Positions 1 to 8,034 of a stretch of DNA of 64,000 bases are shown piece by piece (position 1 is the first letter of the stretch; each line of letters begins with the position of its first letter). The DNA is from Chloroflexota bacterium. GTDB lineage: Bacteria > Chloroflexota > Limnocylindria > Limnocylindrales > CSP1-4. The notes beneath the pieces are model-generated. The model worked only from the letters and a program-made list of their open reading frames with translations, made no database searches and was not told the DNA's origin. Made by a program: the position numbers and the translations under genes. The stretch is taken from contig SCUO01000047.1 in the NCBI GenBank assembly GCA_004297395.1, positions 56,575 to 120,574 of the forward strand. Direction: 5' to 3'.

Positions 1-191
1 TCGAGCCTGGCGACGCCGCCCGTCGAGAGCGAGCCGACATACGCGGTCGTACCGGGTCCGGCGGCGATGCCTTCAGGCGCCCAGCCGCCGGCCAGGTCGA
101 CCCGGGCTGGGAACGGCGCCGCCAGCACGGCGGTGGCGGCGAGGGGGATGGCGATCAGCCCGGCCAGGGCCGAGGTGAGGCGTCGGCGCAT
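1..191 (-). CDS. N-terminal part (runs off window) of a secreted beta-propeller protein, SMP-30/gluconolactonase-like
   Basis: Own translation, not in the ORF track: MRRRLTSALAGLIAIPLAATAVLAAPFPARVDLAGGWAPEGIAAGPGTTAYVGSLSTGGVARL. Signal peptide, PEGIA motif, GGAGGTG RBS upstream. Confidence 0.7.
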   Translation of the reverse strand, partial: MRRRLTSALAGLIAIPLAATAVLAAPFPARVDLAGGWAPEGIAAGPGTTAYVGSLSTGGVARL

Positions 192-342
192 CGTGGCGCA
201 CCTCCGTGTCGAAGGGAAGCGCGACCGGCCGGAACCGGCCGCTCCCGACGTGCGGTGCGATACGAGAGGTACGCCGGGCGGCCCGACCACGGATCGAGCC
301 GTCGCCGCACCCCGGGTTACAGATCCGTGTCAGAGTCCCGGC

Positions 343-1017
343 ATGGCCGGTTCGTCACGCGCCTTCGTCCTCCGGCACACCCGGCTCCGGCCGGTGCCCG
401 GCCTCGAGCCGATCCGCCTCCACCTGGCCGACGATGCGCTTGCCCTGTGGCGGGCCGTCCAGCTCGAAACCGGCGATGCGGACGCCCCGATCCCCTATTG
501 GGCCTTCGCCTGGGGCGGCGGTCTCGCGATCGCGCACTACCTTCGGGACCGGCCGCAAACGGTGGCCGGCCGGCGCATCCTCGACCTCGCGTCGGGCTCG
601 GGCCTGTGCGCGATCGCGGCGCTCCAGGCTGGAGCGTCGGCCGCCACCGCCGTCGACATCGATGTCCGCGCCGTCACCGCGATCCGGCTGAACGCCCGGG
701 CGAATGGCGGTCGCCTGACCGTGCTCCAGCGCGACGTCCTGGACGACGAGCCGCCGGACGTCGACGTCATCCTGGCCGGCGACTGCTGGTACGAGGCCGG
801 CCTCGCGGCCCGGGTCCTGCCCTGGCTGCGACGGGCGGGCGAAGCCGGGATCGATGTCCTCGTCGGCGACCCCGGGCGCGCCCATCTCCCGGTCGCCGAG
901 CTCGTGGAGCTTGCCGCCTACGACGTCCGGACCACGACCGAGCTCGAGGACCTTGACCATCGGCGGGGCCGGGTGTACTCGCTTCGGCCGCGCGAGCCGG
1001 TCGGCGCCGTCAGCTGA
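343..1017 (+). CDS. Class I SAM-dependent methyltransferase (lysine/nicotinamide N-methyltransferase-like)
   Basis: PYWAFAWGGG and ILDLASGSG motif I, VDID, AGDCWY. Start moved from 67 to ATG 343. Confidence 0.85.
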   Translation: MAGSSRAFVLRHTRLRPVPGLEPIRLHLADDALALWRAVQLETGDADAPIPYWAFAWGGGLAIAHYLRDRPQTVAGRRILDLASGSGLCAIAALQAGASAATAVDIDVRAVTAIRLNARANGGRLTVLQRDVLDDEPPDVDVILAGDCWYEAGLAARVLPWLRRAGEAGIDVLVGDPGRAHLPVAELVELAAYDVRTTTELEDLDHRRGRVYSLRPREPVGAVS

Positions 1018-1831
1018 GCGGGAGGTCGGCGGGCAGGCCTTCAGGCTCCGGAAACGCCGGCTGGAGGGCCTCGATCGCATCCGCCACGATCGTCCCGACC
1101 GCGAGGTTGCGGAACCACTTGTGGTCCGACGGGATGACGTACCACGGGGCCTCGGCGGTCGAGCACCGGGTCAGGGCGTCGTCGAACGCCGCGATCGCGA
1201 CATCCCAGCGCTCCCGGTCGCGGAGGTCGGAGCGCCGGAACTTCCAGCGTTTGGCTGGGTCGGCGAGACGGGCCCGCAATCGTTCCAGCTGCTCGGCCGG
1301 GCTGATGTGCAGGAAGAGCTTGATGATCGTCGTGCCCTCGACCGCGAGCAGCCGCTCGAAGGCGTTGATGGCGTCGTAGCGGCGGGCCCAGGTCGCCTCG
1401 GGGACGAGCTCCCCGATCCGCTCGGCGAGCACGCCCTCGTAGTGCGACCGGTTGAAGATGACGATCTCGCCGTCGCCGGGCACCTGGGCGTGGACGCGCC
1501 ACAGGAAGTCATGGGCGAGCTCGGGCCCGACCGGGACGCCGAATGGCACGGCCCGAACGCCCATCGCGTTGAAGGCCCGCATGAGGTGCCTGATCGCGCC
1601 ATCCTTCCCGGCCGTGTCGATGCCCTGGAGGACGATGAGGATCCGATGGCGGTGCTCGGCCCAGACGGTCTCCTGCAGCACCTCCAGCCGATCGAGGTCG
1701 GCGGCCGTGCGGTCGCGCGCGGCGTCCTTGTCGAACCCGAGCGTCGCGCCCGGGTCCATCGTCGCGAGGCGGACCGACGTGCCGGGCGCGACCCGGAACG
1801 CGTCGCCCAGGCGCTGGGGGGACCCGTGCAT
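1010..1831 (-). CDS. ppk2: Polyphosphate kinase 2 family protein (probably class III)
   Basis: Walker A LQGIDTAGKDG, HDFLWR, FNRSHYE, WYVIPSDHKWFRN. Confidence 0.92.
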   Translation of the reverse strand: MHGSPQRLGDAFRVAPGTSVRLATMDPGATLGFDKDAARDRTAADLDRLEVLQETVWAEHRHRILIVLQGIDTAGKDGAIRHLMRAFNAMGVRAVPFGVPVGPELAHDFLWRVHAQVPGDGEIVIFNRSHYEGVLAERIGELVPEATWARRYDAINAFERLLAVEGTTIIKLFLHISPAEQLERLRARLADPAKRWKFRRSDLRDRERWDVAIAAFDDALTRCSTAEAPWYVIPSDHKWFRNLAVGTIVADAIEALQPAFPEPEGLPADLPLS

Positions 1832-1910
1832 CGGTTGAGCGTAGCGCCGACGGGCAGCGTCGTCGCGGCTCCGTCGGCGCGGCAGCACACCCTCGACGTA
1901 GAGTTCGGAG

Positions 1911-2120
1911 ATGGACGCCCTGACCGCCTTCGGCGTCGCGGCTCTGACCTTCATGATGCTGATGTACGCGCTGGAATCGCGCGGGCGGGCGTTCATCCTA
2001 GCCTTCGCCGTCGGCTGCGCGCTTTCGAGCGCCTACGGCTTCGCCTCCGGGACTTGGCCGTTCGGGGTCGTCGAGGCGGTCTGGACGCTCGTCGCCGTTC
2101 GACGCTACGCAACTCGATGA
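1911..2120 (+). CDS. Small membrane protein (69 aa, about 3 TM)
   Basis: Hydrophobic throughout with a WPFGVVEAVW motif. -10-like TAGAGT 6 nt upstream. ATGA overlap with the next gene. Confidence 0.75.
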   Translation: MDALTAFGVAALTFMMLMYALESRGRAFILAFAVGCALSSAYGFASGTWPFGVVEAVWTLVAVRRYATR

Positions 2121-2371
2121 CGGCGCCGTGCCGGACGCCTCCAAGGGCTTCCAAACGCGCTCCCCACATTGCCCGCTACGGCGACGGCACCCTCAAGTCG
2201 CGCGGCTTCACGTTGGACGGCGAGATGCACGGCAAGTGGGAATTCTTCCGCAAGGACGGCAGCATGATGCGAGCCGGCGAGTTCGACCGCGGCCGCCAGG
2301 TCGGCGTCTGGCGGACGTTCGATCGAACCGGCCGGCTCGTGAAGGAGACCGACTTCTCGAAGCACGGATGA
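2117..2371 (+). CDS. Small MORN-variant repeat protein (YwqK-like)
   Basis: Repeats YGDGTLKSRG, GEMHGKWEFFRKDG, GRQVGVWRTFDRTG. Translationally coupled to 1911..2120. Confidence 0.8.
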   Translation: MTAPCRTPPRASKRAPHIARYGDGTLKSRGFTLDGEMHGKWEFFRKDGSMMRAGEFDRGRQVGVWRTFDRTGRLVKETDFSKHG

Positions 2372-2384
2372 GGGTAGCGTCAGC

Positions 2385-3302
2385 TCACGGCGTGATCCGC
2401 ATGGAGTCCACGATTGCCTGGGCTTCCGTCGCCCGCGCCGTCGAGCCGACGTCGACGAGGGCGACAACGAGCCGGGTCCCGTCCACGTCGATGATCCAGT
2501 ACCGCAAGGTCTGTCCCGGGGCGGGGGCCGGGGCGCCGACGAGGTCGGGATTGGCTTCGCCGACGACGGGCCACAGCGAGGGTTCCGAACCCCCTGAACA
2601 GGCCTCGGCGGTCGCCGGCCTCGAGAGCTCGAGGCTCTTGCCCGCAAAGCCGCCCAGGGTGACGTCGGTGGCCGCCGACGCATCGATCCCGGGCACGGCC
2701 GACATGGCCGCCACCAGGTCGTCGACGCCCGGGCCCGGTGCCTCCTCGAGCAAGCCCTTGGTCGGGTCGCAGGGGTCTACATAGAGGTTTGCGACCGCCA
2801 TGATTGCCACCGAGGGCGCGTCCTCCGGGAACGGGAAGACGGCCCACTCGATCAGGCCCTTGTACCAGCCTTCCGGGATCGTCAGGGTGATCGAAAGCGG
2901 CTCGACCGCGGTGATGATCCAGTCGCCCGGAGCCAGCGGGGCTCCCCCGCCGGGATGCGTAGAAAACAGGGCCGGGAACGTAGTGGCCGGTGTCGGCTCG
3001 GGTGGTGGCGACAGCGCGAGCGTTGGGCTCGGCGTCGCCGTGGCGGCCGGACCACCCGGCCCGGAACCGCCCGGGAGCAGGTTGTAGCCCACGATCGCGA
3101 CCACGACCACGGCGGCCGCGGCGATCGCCAGGCGGGCGAAGTTGTTCATATTGGCGAACCTCCACGCCGGCCACCAGGACCGGCGCTGTAGGGTCGCGGG
3201 GACTCGGTCGAGCACGTCGTCCAGGACGCGGTCCGGGAGCGCCGTGGCGCCCTCCTCCAGCCACGACCGAACGATGCGGTCTACGTCGCGATCGGTGCTC
3301 AC
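2385..3302 (-). CDS. Putative single-pass anti-sigma factor with extracytoplasmic domain
   Basis: GTGA overlap with the ECF sigma stop. Short cytoplasmic N-terminus (RSWLEEG..PDRVLDDVL), one TM, Pro/Thr linker, external domain with two Cys. Confidence 0.7.
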   Translation of the reverse strand: MSTDRDVDRIVRSWLEEGATALPDRVLDDVLDRVPATLQRRSWWPAWRFANMNNFARLAIAAAAVVVVAIVGYNLLPGGSGPGGPAATATPSPTLALSPPPEPTPATTFPALFSTHPGGGAPLAPGDWIITAVEPLSITLTIPEGWYKGLIEWAVFPFPEDAPSVAIMAVANLYVDPCDPTKGLLEEAPGPGVDDLVAAMSAVPGIDASAATDVTLGGFAGKSLELSRPATAEACSGGSEPSLWPVVGEANPDLVGAPAPAPGQTLRYWIIDVDGTRLVVALVDVGSTARATEAQAIVDSMRITP

Positions 3303-3847
3303 TGGGCAGCCTCCCGCGTCGCTGGTCGAGCGTCGGCCTCGAGGGCCGCGCGCAGGCCACGCATCGCGTGATGTAGTCGAGAACGAACCGTCCCGATGGG
3401 CACGCCGAGGGTCTCGGCGACCGCCTCGAGCGGCAGGTCGAGGTAGTGGTGCAGGACCACCACCGCGCGATGGTCGATGGACAGGCGACGGAAGCCACGC
3501 TCGAGCTGGTCGCGATCGACGACCTCGCTCAGGCCCTCCGGCGTCGCCGGCCCTCTGGCCGGCAACAGGCGGAGATTCGGCGCCCAGACCCGGGTCCGGT
3601 GTCCCTCGGCGTAGCAGGCGCGCACGAGGAGCCGGTACGACCAGGCGTCGAACTTCGCCGGGTCGCGCAGGAGCGGAAGGTCCCGCCAGATGCTCAGCAG
3701 CGCCTGCTGCGTCGCATCCTCGGCGAGATCGATGTCGCGCAGGATCCGGTGCGACACCGCATGGAGGCGGGCACTCACGGCGACGGCGAGGCTCGCGAAG
3801 GCCTCCTCGTCACCACGCTGCGCCCTGCGCACGAGCTCGATGTCCAT
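3299..3847 (-). CDS. ECF-type sigma-70 factor
   Basis: Region 2 AEDATQQALLSIWRDL and region 4 EAVAETLGVPIGTVRSRLHHA. 182 aa. Confidence 0.93.
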   Translation of the reverse strand: MDIELVRRAQRGDEEAFASLAVAVSARLHAVSHRILRDIDLAEDATQQALLSIWRDLPLLRDPAKFDAWSYRLLVRACYAEGHRTRVWAPNLRLLPARGPATPEGLSEVVDRDQLERGFRRLSIDHRAVVVLHHYLDLPLEAVAETLGVPIGTVRSRLHHAMRGLRAALEADARPATREAAQ

Positions 3848-4020
3848 GCGTCTCCACGTCCGCGGCGCCGGCCCTTCGCCGACGTCCGAACGGTATGGGC
3901 TGCGCCGGGCGCGCGGCGACTCAATGTTCGGACAGTTTCCCAGCCGCCACCCACGCGGTCACCCCAAGAGCTTCCGAGGGAGAACGCTCGGCGGACGCTT
4001 GGCTCGCTGCCGCGTCGGGC

Positions 4021-4380
4021 CTACCTGTCGGCTGGCCCGCCGACCACGTCGGCCTCGGCCTCGAGCTCGATTGCCCGCTCCGTCCGGCTGAGATGGCTGG
4101 TCTCGACGATCCGTGGTCGGCCGTCCCGGTCCTTCCAGCGAGCCTGAATCCGATCGTCGTTCGCCTCGCCCACCAGGCGAAGGACCACGTTGAAGCCGGA
4201 GCCGCTGCGCTCGATCGATTCAACCGTCACCGCCGTCGCGGGAAGCGGCAGGAGCGCCAGGACCTCGCCGAGGTTCCGTCGAAGCTCGTCGCTGAGATCC
4301 TCGATCGCGCGATCCACGTCGCCGGCGACGAGCGCGGCGCCGAAGGCCTCAGCCCGTTCTCGAACGACCGTCTCGTCCAT
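4021..4380 (-). CDS. Hypothetical protein, possibly NTF2/SnoaL-like
   Basis: MDETVVRERAEAFGAALVAGDVDRAIEDLS. GGAG RBS upstream and normal codon usage. Confidence 0.6.
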   Translation of the reverse strand: MDETVVRERAEAFGAALVAGDVDRAIEDLSDELRRNLGEVLALLPLPATAVTVESIERSGSGFNVVLRLVGEANDDRIQARWKDRDGRPRIVETSHLSRTERAIELEAEADVVGGPADR

Positions 4381-4564
4381 GGCTCCCGTCCTCCGATGCG
4401 CTCGGCAGTCGCGGGCGCGGTGGAACCGGCCGGCTGCGGCCACGACGACGATGGCCCGCCTCCCGTCCCGATCGCGGCACGCGATCGGCGGATTGCGATA
4501 CGAAATGCTCTCAGGAGCGCTCGCGATCGCCACCACCACGCTCGCTGGGACTGACCTTGGAGGC

Positions 4565-4621
4565 TTGACATCGCCGCCAGCCTCGGGTTCAATTGGCGAC
4601 ATCCATAACAGTATGGTTATG
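4565..4621 (+). promoter_or_regulatory. Sigma-70 promoter plus inverted-repeat operator of the ArsR operon
   Basis: TTGACA (4565-4570), 17 nt, TTCAAT (4588-4593). Palindrome CATAAC-N6-GTTATG at 4604-4621. Confidence 0.75.
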
Positions 4622-4630
4622 AAGGGACGC

Positions 4631-4969
4631 ATGGACCAGCACCGCCAGCTCGACGCCGTCTTCGGAGCCCTCGCCGACCCGACCCGCCGGGCGATCCTTG
4701 CCCGCCTCGTGGACGGTGATCGGACGGTCGCCGAGCTGACGGCTCCGTTCGGCGTCTCGCAGCCCGCGATCTCGCGACACCTCAAGGTCCTCGAGCGGGC
4801 CGGGCTGGTCTCTCGCAACCGGCGAGCCACTGCTCGCCCCAGCCACCTCGAGGCCGAGCCGCTCCGCGAGGCGACGGAATGGCTGGCCCGCTACCAGGCG
4901 TTCTGGGACGAGAGCCACGAGCGGCTCGACGCCCTCCTCGCCTCCCTGACCCGACAGCCCGAAGGCTGA
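4631..4969 (+). CDS. ArsR/SmtB family transcriptional regulator
   Basis: FGALADPTRRAIL and SQPAISRHLKVLERAGLV HTH. No Cys metal site. Confidence 0.93.
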   Translation: MDQHRQLDAVFGALADPTRRAILARLVDGDRTVAELTAPFGVSQPAISRHLKVLERAGLVSRNRRATARPSHLEAEPLREATEWLARYQAFWDESHERLDALLASLTRQPEG

Positions 4970-5007
4970 TCATCCTCGTTCGCAGCAGCTCGAAAGGAGC
5001 GTCCCCG

Positions 5008-5511
5008 ATGGGAGCCACCAGGATCACGGCCCCGGCCGGCGTGCCGTTCATCGACATCGAGCGCGAGTTCGCGGCGCCACGAGCCCTCGTCCATCGCGCC
5101 TACTCGGACCCGGAGCTCCTGAAGCAGTGGCTCGGTCCTCGCAAGTACGTCATGGAGATCGAGGTCTGGGAGCCGCGTGACGGCGGTCGATGGCGGTACA
5201 TCCACCGCGACGCGGACAGCGCCTACGGCTTCCACGGGGTCTTCCACGGTCCCCAGACCGAGGAGCGGATGCTCCAGACCTTCGAGTTCGAGGGCGCTCC
5301 GGGACACGTGTCCCTCGAATCGGTCGAGTTCATCGACCAGGGCGACCGGACCCTCGTCCGGAACCACGCCGTCTACCAGTCGATCGAGGCCCGCAACGCG
5401 ATGGTCGAGTCGGGCATGGAAGAAGGCATCAACGACGGCTTCGATCGCCTCGACGCGCTCATGGCGCGACTTACGACGCACGAGCCGGCAGGCGCCGGCG
5501 CCCCGCGCTGA
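5008..5511 (+). CDS. SRPBCC/AHSA1 family protein
   Basis: EREFAAPRALVHRAYSDPELLKQWLGP, GMEEG. AAGGAG RBS. Confidence 0.92.
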   Translation: MGATRITAPAGVPFIDIEREFAAPRALVHRAYSDPELLKQWLGPRKYVMEIEVWEPRDGGRWRYIHRDADSAYGFHGVFHGPQTEERMLQTFEFEGAPGHVSLESVEFIDQGDRTLVRNHAVYQSIEARNAMVESGMEEGINDGFDRLDALMARLTTHEPAGAGAPR

Positions 5512-5558
5512 CCACCCACGCTGATCCTGAGCGCCCGGAACATCGAGGTACCCCGAAC

Positions 5559-5984
5559 ATGCAGTACAAGCTCGAGGTCGTCGTCGTGCCCGTGTCCGAC
5601 GTCGATCGGGCCAAGGCCTTCTACGTCGACCAGGTCGGCTTCGCCCTGGACGTCGACCACCAGCCGAACGACGACTTCCGGGTCGTCCAGATGACACCGA
5701 ACGGGTCCGGCTGCTCGGTCACGATCGGCAAGGGCATGGCGAAGATGGAGCCGGGGTCGCTGACCGGCCTCCAGCTGAGCGTCGGTGACATCGAGGCCGC
5801 CCACGCCGAGCTGGCCGGGCGGGGCGTGCCAGTGAGCTCGGTCCAGCACCACGACGGGACCGGTTTCGTGGATGGCCCGGGCGGCGACTACAACTCGTTC
5901 TTCTTCTTCGATGACCCGGATGGCAACGGCTGGGCCGTCCAGCAGAGCCCGCTCGTCAAGGCAGCCGAAGCCGCGGGCGCCTGA
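5559..5984 (+). CDS. VOC/glyoxalase family protein
   Basis: VVVPVSDVDRAKAFY and FFDDPDGNGW. Confidence 0.92.
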   Translation: MQYKLEVVVVPVSDVDRAKAFYVDQVGFALDVDHQPNDDFRVVQMTPNGSGCSVTIGKGMAKMEPGSLTGLQLSVGDIEAAHAELAGRGVPVSSVQHHDGTGFVDGPGGDYNSFFFFDDPDGNGWAVQQSPLVKAAEAAGA

Positions 5985-5992
5985 GGAGCTCG

Positions 5993-6418
5993 TCAGGCCG
6001 TCGGCATGAGGCGGATCATCGGGATGCGCCGGCCCGACTGCTCGGGATACTCGGCGAACCACGGGAGGGCCCGGACGTGCGCGTCCCACAGGCGGTCCCG
6101 CTCTGCGCCCTCGACGAAGGTTGCCAGCGCCTGGATCGTCTGCGTCCCGACCTCGAGCGTGACGTGCGGGGTGCGGCGCACGTTGTTCACCCACATCGGA
6201 TCGGTCGGCGACCCGCCGGCAGTGCCGGCGACGATGTACTCGCCGGCGTCGCGCGAGTAGGTCAGGATCGCCCGCCGTGGCTGGCCGCTTCTCGCCCCGA
6301 TCGAAGTCATGAGCAACAGCGGGTGGCCCGCCATCGGACCACTCGTGACCGCGCCGCCGTGGGCGCGCATGTCGGCAATGAGGGCTTCCTCCCAGGGATC
6401 GGCGGCGGTGTCAGGCAT
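5993..6418 (-). CDS. Deazaflavin (F420)-dependent nitroreductase family protein (Ddn-like)
   Basis: LLLMTSIGARSGQPR, GGSPTDPMWVNNVR, RRIPMIRL. Confidence 0.88.
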   Translation of the reverse strand: MPDTAADPWEEALIADMRAHGGAVTSGPMAGHPLLLMTSIGARSGQPRRAILTYSRDAGEYIVAGTAGGSPTDPMWVNNVRRTPHVTLEVGTQTIQALATFVEGAERDRLWDAHVRALPWFAEYPEQSGRRIPMIRLMPTA

Positions 6419-6549
6419 CGGGTGCTCCACGTCGAACCGTTGCATCCGCAACTACTTGGCATCAGTGTACCCGACGCTGCCCAAACACCCAGTGCGCCGG
6501 CTTGCTGGCAGGGACCGCGGGACGGACGACGGCGGTGCATCATCCGGGC

Positions 6550-7437
6550 ATGCGTGAACATCGCCTGATCCCGAGGTCCGACGGTGGCGTCATCGAGGTC
6601 GTTCTCGACGGCGAGCCCGACGCCCGAGTCCTCCTCTACCACCATGGAACCCCGGGTTCGGGACTTCCCTCGCCGGAGATGGTCGAGGCCGCGACCGCCC
6701 GCGGCCTGCGCTACGTCGCCATCGTCCGCCCGGGCTACGCGGGCTCGACCCGCCGTCCCGGCCGGCGCGTGGTCGATGTCGCCGACGACGCGGCGCAGGT
6801 CCTCGATGCGATCGGAGCATCCCAGTGCCTCAGCCTGGGGTTCTCGGGCGGCGGCCCGCATGCCCTTGCCTGCGCGGCGGCCATCCCGGAGCGCGTCTCG
6901 GCTGCGGGGACGGTCGGCTGCGTCGCGCCGTTCGACGCGAATGGCGTCGACTTCCTGGCCGGTATGGGCAGCGAGAACATCGAGGAGTTCGGCGCTGCCG
7001 TCGAGGGACCCGCGGCCCTCCATGCCTTCCTGGCGGGATACGCGGAGACCCTGCGGGTCGTGACCGGCGAGGAGGTCGCCGACGCCCTCGGGGATCTCGT
7101 CCCGGCGGTGGATCGGGCCGCCATCGAACGGGGCTACGCCGCCTCGCTCGCGGCGAACATCCGGAACGGCCTCGAGCCCGGCTACCTGGGCTGGTTCGAC
7201 GACGACATGGCCTTCGTCCAGGGGTGGGGCTTCGATCTCCGGGAGATCGGCGTACCCGTCGCCCTGTGGCAGGGTGAGCAGGACCGGATGGTCCCCTATG
7301 CCCACGGCGTGTGGCTCTCGAGGGCGCTGCCGACCGTCCGGGCCCATCTGCTCCCGGACCACGGCCATCTGTCGATCGCGGTTGATTCCATCGGGGCCGT
7401 GCTCGACGACCTCATCGACGCCGCCGGAGCGGGCTGA
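6550..7437 (+). CDS. Alpha/beta fold hydrolase
   Basis: HGTPGS, nucleophile elbow GFSGGG, WQGEQD, C-terminal GH. Confidence 0.9.
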   Translation: MREHRLIPRSDGGVIEVVLDGEPDARVLLYHHGTPGSGLPSPEMVEAATARGLRYVAIVRPGYAGSTRRPGRRVVDVADDAAQVLDAIGASQCLSLGFSGGGPHALACAAAIPERVSAAGTVGCVAPFDANGVDFLAGMGSENIEEFGAAVEGPAALHAFLAGYAETLRVVTGEEVADALGDLVPAVDRAAIERGYAASLAANIRNGLEPGYLGWFDDDMAFVQGWGFDLREIGVPVALWQGEQDRMVPYAHGVWLSRALPTVRAHLLPDHGHLSIAVDSIGAVLDDLIDAAGAG

Positions 7438-7563
7438 AACGCCCGCCGGACCCGGTTGGGGCCGGACGGCCGCTCCGACGGGGACCACCTGGGCCTTGCC
7501 CGCGACACGCCGCGGATGACCATGAGCGGCGGCGTCCGATCCCGTACAGGAGCCCACACCGTC

Positions 7564-8031
7564 ATGGCCACTCGCGCCTACCTTCGCCAGCCGGGCCTCG
7601 AGATCCCACGCCCGGAGCTGCACCTCGCCGGCAAGCTCAGCGTCATCTTCCTGGGCCTGCTGGGCCTCGGGGCCGTCGCTGGTGGCATCGCCCTGACATC
7701 GAAGCCGGACGGCAGCGTCATGCACTTCGACGTGGCCATCCTCGGCGGCAGCCCCTTCACTGACTTCTTCGTGCCGGGCCTGATCCTCGGTGGCCTCTTC
7801 GGCATCGGCTCCTTCGTCGTCGCGGCCCTGGGCCTGCGTCACGCCCGCATTGCCCCGTTCCTTGCCTTCGCAGTCGGCTGCGGCCAGATGATCTGGATCG
7901 TGATCGAGCTGACGATCATCGGCGAGTTCAGCTTCCTCCACCCGACGTTCTTCGGGGTCGGCCTGGTCATCGCCCTTGCTGCGGTCCCGTGGGGCTGGCC
8001 GACCTTCCAGGCCTGGCGCCGCAGCCGCTGA
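7564..8031 (+). CDS. Four-TM membrane protein of unknown function
   Basis: PDGS..SPFTDFFVPGLIL motif, four hydrophobic segments, AGGAG RBS. Confidence 0.75.
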   Translation: MATRAYLRQPGLEIPRPELHLAGKLSVIFLGLLGLGAVAGGIALTSKPDGSVMHFDVAILGGSPFTDFFVPGLILGGLFGIGSFVVAALGLRHARIAPFLAFAVGCGQMIWIVIELTIIGEFSFLHPTFFGVGLVIALAAVPWGWPTFQAWRRSR

Positions 8032-8034
8032 CGC

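Noticed and set aside
1911..2371. Membrane peptide plus YwqK-like gene as a toxin-antitoxin pair
   Set aside because: No toxin domain is recognisable. MORN-variant repeats alone do not support the call.
3884..3933. Inverted repeat GTCCGAAC..GTTCGGAC upstream of the ECF sigma
   Set aside because: 8-bp arms with a long gap could be chance, and I could not assign a promoter or operator.
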